A stretch of 64,000 bases of DNA, taken from the NCBI GenBank assembly GCA_025361565.1, contig JANYKN010000195.1, positions 22,791-86,790 on the forward strand, in the 5' to 3' direction. The position numbers and the translations under genes are program-made. This document shows positions 58,124-64,000 of the stretch, one piece after another. This DNA comes from Bacteroidota bacterium (GTDB taxonomy: Bacteria; Bacteroidota; Bacteroidia; Bacteroidales; NBLH01). Every line of letters begins with the position of its first letter. The first letter of the stretch is position 1. Under the pieces are notes generated by a model. The model worked only from the letters and a program-made list of their open reading frames with translations. It was not told the origin of the DNA and ran no database searches.

Positions 58124-60712
58124 CTATTTATACGAATCAAACAAGGATATAATTTTAAGCTTATCTTTAATTCCTGATAAATTTTCTTTTGTTGAATAGT
58201 TAACTACCACTGGCTTACCTGGCAATAAATCAAAATAATTATCACTAAAAAAACCAGTTAGATTGTCAAAACTTAAAAAAACATTTTTGGCAAATTGATT
58301 GGTCGATAATGTAATTTTTAATCCATCTTCGATTTCTTCAACGCTTAAATTTATGTTCGCTTTTTTGAGGTTCAAATCCTTTATAGGAACAAAATGCAAA
58401 ATATTTGAATTCACAATTTCATTGTTTACTAAAACAGAGGCTTGCAATAGAAGATCTTCTGCATTTTTATTATTTAACAATTCCTTTTTTGTGATAGTAA
58501 AATAAACTTTGCTTGAATTTGGTTCAAGTTCTGTTTCAATTTGTTTTTCAAATACTACTTTTCCTGAAAAATCATATACATTTATAAACAATTTTGATTT
58601 CACTTTTTCCAACCGGTCTGAAATTACATAAACTTTGAGTGTATCCCCCAATAAATCAGGACTAATCAAAATATCTGAATACGCTTTTTTTACATAATAT
58701 TGCAATGCTTTCCAATTGCCATAATAATCCATGCTCGACCATGATGCCACCGGCCAACAGTCATTAATCTGCCAATATAAAGTACCCATGCAATAAGGCA
58801 TATCTCTACGGTGTGCTTCAATTGCCGATTTTATTCCTTCGGCTTGTAATACTTGCCCAACATATAAAAAATGTTCAAAATCTTTGGGTTCTTTGTAATC
58901 CCAACTCATGTATTCTTTAATACGCAAATTCCCAATTCCACTCCTTTGGTGTGCTGCCATTACTTCAGACTCTATATTGTAATCTTCAGGAATAGTGTAT
59001 TTTTTAACCGTATTGAACTCCGGGAAGGACTGAAATCCATATTCACTCATAAAGCGTGCTCGTTTATTCTTGAATTCGCTGAATGGTTCTTTTCCATGCC
59101 AAACACCCCAATAATGCATATCGCCCGAAGTAGTTGAATAACTTGCTTTTTCTTTAGGTCCAGCCATGGGTGAAGATGGCCAGTATGCTCTTGATGAATC
59201 ATATTTTTCTATCATTTCTGGTAGCAACTTATGAAATAACTTTTCATAGTTTGCCCAGATTTCTTTGTGCTGTTCTTCATTATAAAGTTCTTTCCAACCC
59301 CATCCACCTTCACTATATTCGGACCAGGCAACATCAATTTCATTATTTCCACACCACAACGCGATAGAAGGATGATTCCTTAAACGGATAATATTGTCTT
59401 TAGCTTCCATCCGAACACTTTCAATAAATTGTTCGTTGCCAGGGTACATGCTGCATGCAAACATAAAATCCTGCCAAACCAGAATCCCATACTGATCGCA
59501 TAATTCATAGAATTTATCATCTTCGTAAATGCCACCACCCCAAACACGTAGCATGTTCATATTCGATTCGGCTGCTGTTTTTATTTCATGTTCATAGACC
59601 TCTGGAGTTGCTCGCGAAAGAAATATATCATTCGGAATATGGTTTGCTCCTTTCATAAAAACAGGAACGCCATTCAATTCAAAATAAAATGATTTTCCAT
59701 ATTTATCAGGGTTTTGAACCAATTTCAATGTTCTTAGCCCTATTTTTTGACTTTGAATATCCGATACTTTACCATTTATTAAAACTTTGGTTTCAATTTC
59801 ATACAAATGCTGCTCGCCCAAACCATTTGTCCACCATAGTTTAGGATTTTTAATGGTAAAATTAAGACCAAATGAATTTTCACCTTTGTCTATTGTTTGA
59901 TTTTTTGACGCCAATTCGTTTCCAGTCTCCTTATTTATAATTACTATTTTAACTTGCTGTTTACCATCACTTTGAATTAATAAATTAGCCTTTAATAATG
60001 CTTCTTTATCCGAAATCTTAGTCTGTACAAATTGTATATTGTTAATTTTGAGATTACTCCATGCTTTTACGTATATCGGCCGCCAAATACCAGTAGTTAC
60101 AAATCTTGGCCCCCAGTCCCATCCGTAATGATATGGAGCTTTTCGTGTAAATGGGCTAACCCGTTTGTCTCCCATTTCACCATTCTCGGATTGATCGTTG
60201 CCTGCAGGTAGCGGATAACTGTTTAAAGCTAATTTTTCGAGTCCAATTTTTACTGGAGAATGAAAGAATATTTTTATTTTATTCTTTCCTTGTTTTAAAT
60301 GGTTTTTACATTCCACATTCCATTCACGGAACATATTATCAGCTTTTAAAATCAGTGAATCATTTAAATATACATCAGCATAAGTGTCGAGGCCCTTAAA
60401 ATCCAATTCAACAAATTCTCTTTTTAGGATTTCGTCATTCACATCAAATTCAGTCACATACGACCAATCTTCTTTGTCAATCCATTGTTGCTTTTTTTCG
60501 TTGGTGCGATAATATGGATCTTCAATCACTTTATTGGCCAACAAATCCATGTGTACAGATCCGGGAACTTTTGCAGGATAAATTTTTGATTTGGATTCCT
60601 GTATCAATTGCCAATTGTCTTTTATTTCAAAAAACAGAGGTTTCATATTCTTTGTGTTATTGCAGGATAACAATAGATAAAAGGCTGAAAGAATGATTAA
60701 ATTTTTAAGCAT
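58124..60712 (-). CDS. beta-mannosidase (glycoside hydrolase family 2), lipoprotein
   Basis: Lipobox LLLSCN. GH2 architecture with acid/base WCGNNEID and nucleophile MSEYGFQSFP. 862 aa. Confidence 0.8.
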   Translation of the reverse strand: MLKNLIILSAFYLLLSCNNTKNMKPLFFEIKDNWQLIQESKSKIYPAKVPGSVHMDLLANKVIEDPYYRTNEKKQQWIDKEDWSYVTEFDVNDEILKREFVELDFKGLDTYADVYLNDSLILKADNMFREWNVECKNHLKQGKNKIKIFFHSPVKIGLEKLALNSYPLPAGNDQSENGEMGDKRVSPFTRKAPYHYGWDWGPRFVTTGIWRPIYVKAWSNLKINNIQFVQTKISDKEALLKANLLIQSDGKQQVKIVIINKETGNELASKNQTIDKGENSFGLNFTIKNPKLWWTNGLGEQHLYEIETKVLINGKVSDIQSQKIGLRTLKLVQNPDKYGKSFYFELNGVPVFMKGANHIPNDIFLSRATPEVYEHEIKTAAESNMNMLRVWGGGIYEDDKFYELCDQYGILVWQDFMFACSMYPGNEQFIESVRMEAKDNIIRLRNHPSIALWCGNNEIDVAWSEYSEGGWGWKELYNEEQHKEIWANYEKLFHKLLPEMIEKYDSSRAYWPSSPMAGPKEKASYSTTSGDMHYWGVWHGKEPFSEFKNKRARFMSEYGFQSFPEFNTVKKYTIPEDYNIESEVMAAHQRSGIGNLRIKEYMSWDYKEPKDFEHFLYVGQVLQAEGIKSAIEAHRRDMPYCMGTLYWQINDCWPVASWSSMDYYGNWKALQYYVKKAYSDILISPDLLGDTLKVYVISDRLEKVKSKLFINVYDFSGKVVFEKQIETELEPNSSKVYFTITKKELLNNKNAEDLLLQASVLVNNEIVNSNILHFVPIKDLNLKKANINLSVEEIEDGLKITLSTNQFAKNVFLSFDNLTGFFSDNYFDLLPGKPVVVNYSTKENLSGIKDKLKIISLFDSYK

Positions 60713-60745
60713 AACATTGATTATTAAAGGTTAGCAAAATATTGA

Positions 60746-63643
60746 TTATTTAACTTTAATTCCTAATTCTTCTTGTAAAAATTTTGAAGTAAACCCAACA
60801 TTTTTTCTTGCAACCTCTTCGGGAGTACCTGTTGCCAGGATCAATCCTCCTCTTTTTCCTCCTTCGGGACCTAAATCAATAACATAATCTGCTGTTTTAA
60901 TCACATCCATGTTATGTTCTATAATTAAAACGGTATTTCCTTTATCCACCAAACGGTTTAAAACGTCCAATAAAACACGGATATCTTCGAAATGCAGTCC
61001 GGTTGTTGGTTCATCTAAAATATATAAAGTTTTTCCTGTATCACGTTTTGAAAGTTCAGTAGCCAGCTTAACTCTTTGGGCTTCGCCTCCAGATAACGTA
61101 GTAGACGATTGGCCCAAGGTAATATAACCCAAACCTACTTCCTTTAATGCCCTTAATTTTTGTATAATGGAGGGCATGTTTTCGAAAAATTCAACAGCGG
61201 CATTTATAGTCATATCCAAAACATCACTTATCGATTTACCTCGATATCTAACTTCCAATGTTTCACGGTTATAACGTTTAGCATTACAATCTTCGCAATG
61301 TACGTAAACATCAGGTAGAAAATTCATTTCAATCAATCTAAGGCCTCCTCCTTTGCATGTTTCACAGCGACCACCATACACATTGAATGAAAAACGCCCA
61401 CTTTTATAACCTCGAATTTGAGCTTCAGGAAGTTTCTCAAACAATTTCCGAATATCAGAAAAAACTCCAGTATAGGTTGCAGGATTGGAACGTGGTGTCC
61501 TTCCTATCGGCGATTGATCAACTTCTATTACTTTGTCGATATTAATTATACCTTCAATAGATTGATATTTAAGCGGTTCCTTTAGTGATCTATAAAAATA
61601 TTTACTCAGAATGGGATGCAGAGTTTCATTAATCAGGCTGGATTTACCACTTCCTGAAACACCGGTTACACATATTAACTGTGAAAGCGGAATTCGAAGG
61701 TCAACATTTTTTAAATTGTTTCCCTGTGCACCTTTCAACTCAATTGCCAGTTTAGCTCCATTTCTGCGATGAGTCGGTATTTCTATCTTTTTTATATCAT
61801 TTAAATAGTCTGAAGTCAAGGTTTTTATTGTTAAAATATCTTCTGGTTTTCCCTGCGATACTACTTCACCGCCAAATCTTCCGGCTGTTGGCCCCATGTC
61901 AATAATATAGTCGGCAGCCATAATCATTTCTTTGTCGTGCTCAACCACAATAATTGAATTACCAGAATCTCTCAGATTTTTCAACGAATTAATTAAACGT
62001 CGGTTATCACGCTGATGTAAACCAATACTAGGTTCATCAAGAATATAAAGCACATTTACAAGTTGCGAACCAATTTGGGTTGCCAACCTGATACGTTGGC
62101 TTTCTCCTCCTGACAAGCTGTTTGAACCACGATTGAGTGAAAGATAATCCAATCCAACGTCAATCAAAAACTGCAAACGCGAACGTATTTCTTTAAAAAT
62201 TTCTTTTGCAATGGCTTGTTGCTTGTCACTTAGTTTTTTCTCTACCAGTTTTGACCATTCAAGCAATTCGCTAATATCCATTGAAGCAAGTTCATAAATA
62301 TTTTTTTCATCAACTTTAAAATGAAGCGACTCCTGCTTTAATCTACCTCCATGACAATCGGGACATACAGATTCCGTGAAAAAATCATCCGCCCACTTTT
62401 GGGCAGTTTGCGAGGTTTTATCATTTTGATAACGCTCAATGTATTTTATTATTCCATCAAATGAAAGGGAATAATTGGCTTTATTTCCTAAAGGCGTATT
62501 TTCGAGTGCAAACTTTTGTTCGGAACCATGTAAAATAATATCAAGTGCTTCAGTCGGAATTTCACGGATTGGCGTATCTAAAGTAAATTTGTATTTCTTG
62601 CCAATGGCTCCAATTTGCCAGAAAATCAAACTATCTTTGGCTTTTCCTAGCGGGGCTATTCCACCATCAGTGATATTCATTCTATCATCTGGAACAATCT
62701 TAGCTCTATCTATCTGACTAATTTCACCAAGCCCGTTGCAGGTTTGACAAGCACCTTGTGGAGAATTAAATGAAAAAGTATTTGGTGCTGGCTCATCATA
62801 GGATAAACCACTTGTTGGGCACATGAGTTTTCGGCTAAAATAACTCATATTGTCACTATCTTTCTCAATCATGGCAATGGTTCCCTTTCCATGATTCATG
62901 GCTTCTTTCACAGAATCCTTAAGCCGTTTGATATCTGAAGATGAAACAGTGAATTTATCAATCACAATTTCAATATTGTGGATTTTATACCGATCAACTT
63001 TTAATGCATGCACTAATTCTTTAACTTCACCATCAACTCTTGCCCATAAAAATCCTTTTTTCCTGATTTGTTCAAATAATTCACGATAGTGACCTTTCCT
63101 GCTTTTAACGATTGGAGCCAGCAATAAGCATTTCTTATTATTATATCTTTCAAGAATGAGTTGAATAATTTGATCATCCGTATATTTAATCATTGCTTCG
63201 CCTGTTTCCATAGAATAAGCAATTGATGCTCTGGCATAAAGCAGACGCAAAAAATCATAAATTTCGGTAATGGTGCCAACCGTTGAACGTGGATTTTTAT
63301 TCGTGGTTTTTTGTTCAATAGAGATTACCGGGCTTAATCCTGTAATTTTATCAACATCAGGACGTTCAAGCTTTCCAAGAAAATGCCTTGCATATGCAGA
63401 AAAGGTTTCTATATATCTCCGCTGTCCTTCTGCATAAATGGTGTCAAATGCCAGAGATGATTTTCCGCTTCCACTTAAACCAGTAATTACACTGAGTTGG
63501 TTTCTAGGAATTTGCACATCCACATTTTTTAAATTATGAACCCGTGCACCAAAAACTTTAATGTATTGAATTGATTCCTTTTTATCAGAATTATTTTCCT
63601 TCTTTTTCTCCACCTGAACCGCCTTTTTATAAAATGGGTACAA
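60746..63643 (-). CDS. uvrA: excinuclease ABC subunit UvrA
   Basis: Two ABC modules (GLSGSGKSSLAFDT, GVSGSGKSSLINET; LSGGESQR, LSGGEAQR) and zinc modules (CPDCHGGRL, CETCKGGG...CEDC). Confidence 0.95.
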   Translation of the reverse strand: MYPFYKKAVQVEKKKENNSDKKESIQYIKVFGARVHNLKNVDVQIPRNQLSVITGLSGSGKSSLAFDTIYAEGQRRYIETFSAYARHFLGKLERPDVDKITGLSPVISIEQKTTNKNPRSTVGTITEIYDFLRLLYARASIAYSMETGEAMIKYTDDQIIQLILERYNNKKCLLLAPIVKSRKGHYRELFEQIRKKGFLWARVDGEVKELVHALKVDRYKIHNIEIVIDKFTVSSSDIKRLKDSVKEAMNHGKGTIAMIEKDSDNMSYFSRKLMCPTSGLSYDEPAPNTFSFNSPQGACQTCNGLGEISQIDRAKIVPDDRMNITDGGIAPLGKAKDSLIFWQIGAIGKKYKFTLDTPIREIPTEALDIILHGSEQKFALENTPLGNKANYSLSFDGIIKYIERYQNDKTSQTAQKWADDFFTESVCPDCHGGRLKQESLHFKVDEKNIYELASMDISELLEWSKLVEKKLSDKQQAIAKEIFKEIRSRLQFLIDVGLDYLSLNRGSNSLSGGESQRIRLATQIGSQLVNVLYILDEPSIGLHQRDNRRLINSLKNLRDSGNSIIVVEHDKEMIMAADYIIDMGPTAGRFGGEVVSQGKPEDILTIKTLTSDYLNDIKKIEIPTHRRNGAKLAIELKGAQGNNLKNVDLRIPLSQLICVTGVSGSGKSSLINETLHPILSKYFYRSLKEPLKYQSIEGIINIDKVIEVDQSPIGRTPRSNPATYTGVFSDIRKLFEKLPEAQIRGYKSGRFSFNVYGGRCETCKGGGLRLIEMNFLPDVYVHCEDCNAKRYNRETLEVRYRGKSISDVLDMTINAAVEFFENMPSIIQKLRALKEVGLGYITLGQSSTTLSGGEAQRVKLATELSKRDTGKTLYILDEPTTGLHFEDIRVLLDVLNRLVDKGNTVLIIEHNMDVIKTADYVIDLGPEGGKRGGLILATGTPEEVARKNVGFTSKFLQEELGIKVK

Positions 63644-63785
63644 AATTACGAATAATATAACAATTCAATTCATAATTTGTTGGAGAGAATTTAGAAATTA
63701 CAAATGGAGAAAATATAAAGTTAAGAGTCAGAAGCTTGAGTACAATTGTTTTAATAATTCTGCATGTATCAAGATTCACTTTACT

Positions 63786-64000
63786 TTACTCGGAAAAATA
63801 TACTTTAGAACGAGCACCTTTTTCAGGAATTTCCAATATATATTTCTTCTTCGTTTTATTTGTCAATTGATGAGCACGAAGCCAAGGATTGAACATTTTC
63901 AGCATTTTATAATTAATCTCTTGATTTTGTGCAAAATAAATCATATCGGTAATCGAAGAATCTACTTCAATCTCTTTTACATCAATGGCAGGGTAAAGAT
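63786..64000 (-). CDS. hypothetical protein, 3' end only (5' part lies beyond the window end)
   Basis: Own translation of the minus strand: ...LYPAIDVKEIEVDSSITDMIYFAQNQEINYKMLKMFNPWLRAHQLTNKTKKKYILEIPEKGARSKVYFSE*, with the stop at 63786-63788. No family recognised. Confidence 0.4.
   Translation of the reverse strand, partial: LYPAIDVKEIEVDSSITDMIYFAQNQEINYKMLKMFNPWLRAHQLTNKTKKKYILEIPEKGARSKVYFSE

Noticed and set aside
1-64000. Search for CRISPR arrays, long tandem repeats, IS elements or prophage remnants.
   Set aside because: Reading through all the intergenic gaps, I saw no regularly spaced direct repeats and no terminal inverted repeats. The only long repeat is the ASST/PCMD duplication. 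A computed repeat scan would be needed to exclude short or degenerate arrays.

Overview
The window is a very AT-rich chromosomal segment from a Bacteroidota bacterium. The phylum call rests on a SusC/SusD pair, three proteins with T9SS C-terminal sorting domains, a fused FeoA-FeoB, a long NusB, and the DUF5606/DUF1573/DUF3276 families. Most of it is housekeeping: nusB-DUF1573-yajC-ybbR-coaE, feoAB, hutI-ftcD, lolA-ftsK, htpG, gltA, uvrA, tRNA-Leu(CAG) and tRNA-Gly(CCC). I saw no CRISPR array, integrase, transposase or phage genes.

The accessory-looking part is about 10.1-29.3 kb. An orphan APS kinase (cysC) is transcribed divergently from a tandemly duplicated module. Each module copy is a PCMD-domain lipoprotein followed by a T9SS-secreted arylsulfotransferase-like (ASST) beta-propeller, and the second PCMD copy has decayed to a pseudogene. 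This faces a translationally coupled FabH-like ketosynthase and PAPS-type sulfotransferase operon. Next comes an enzyme-less SusC/SusD operon.

I propose this as a candidate two-step sulfate relay. Cytoplasmic PAPS would sulfate a small phenolic or pyrone carrier, and surface ASSTs would then use that carrier. The proposal is inference from gene content only.

Secondary points:
- a GlpD plus alkyl-DHAP-synthase-like pair;
- a lipoprotein serpin;
- a TlpA-like protein that has lost its CxxC motif;
- an ECF sigma with an atypical membrane partner.

All family calls come from reading the translations. No database search was possible.
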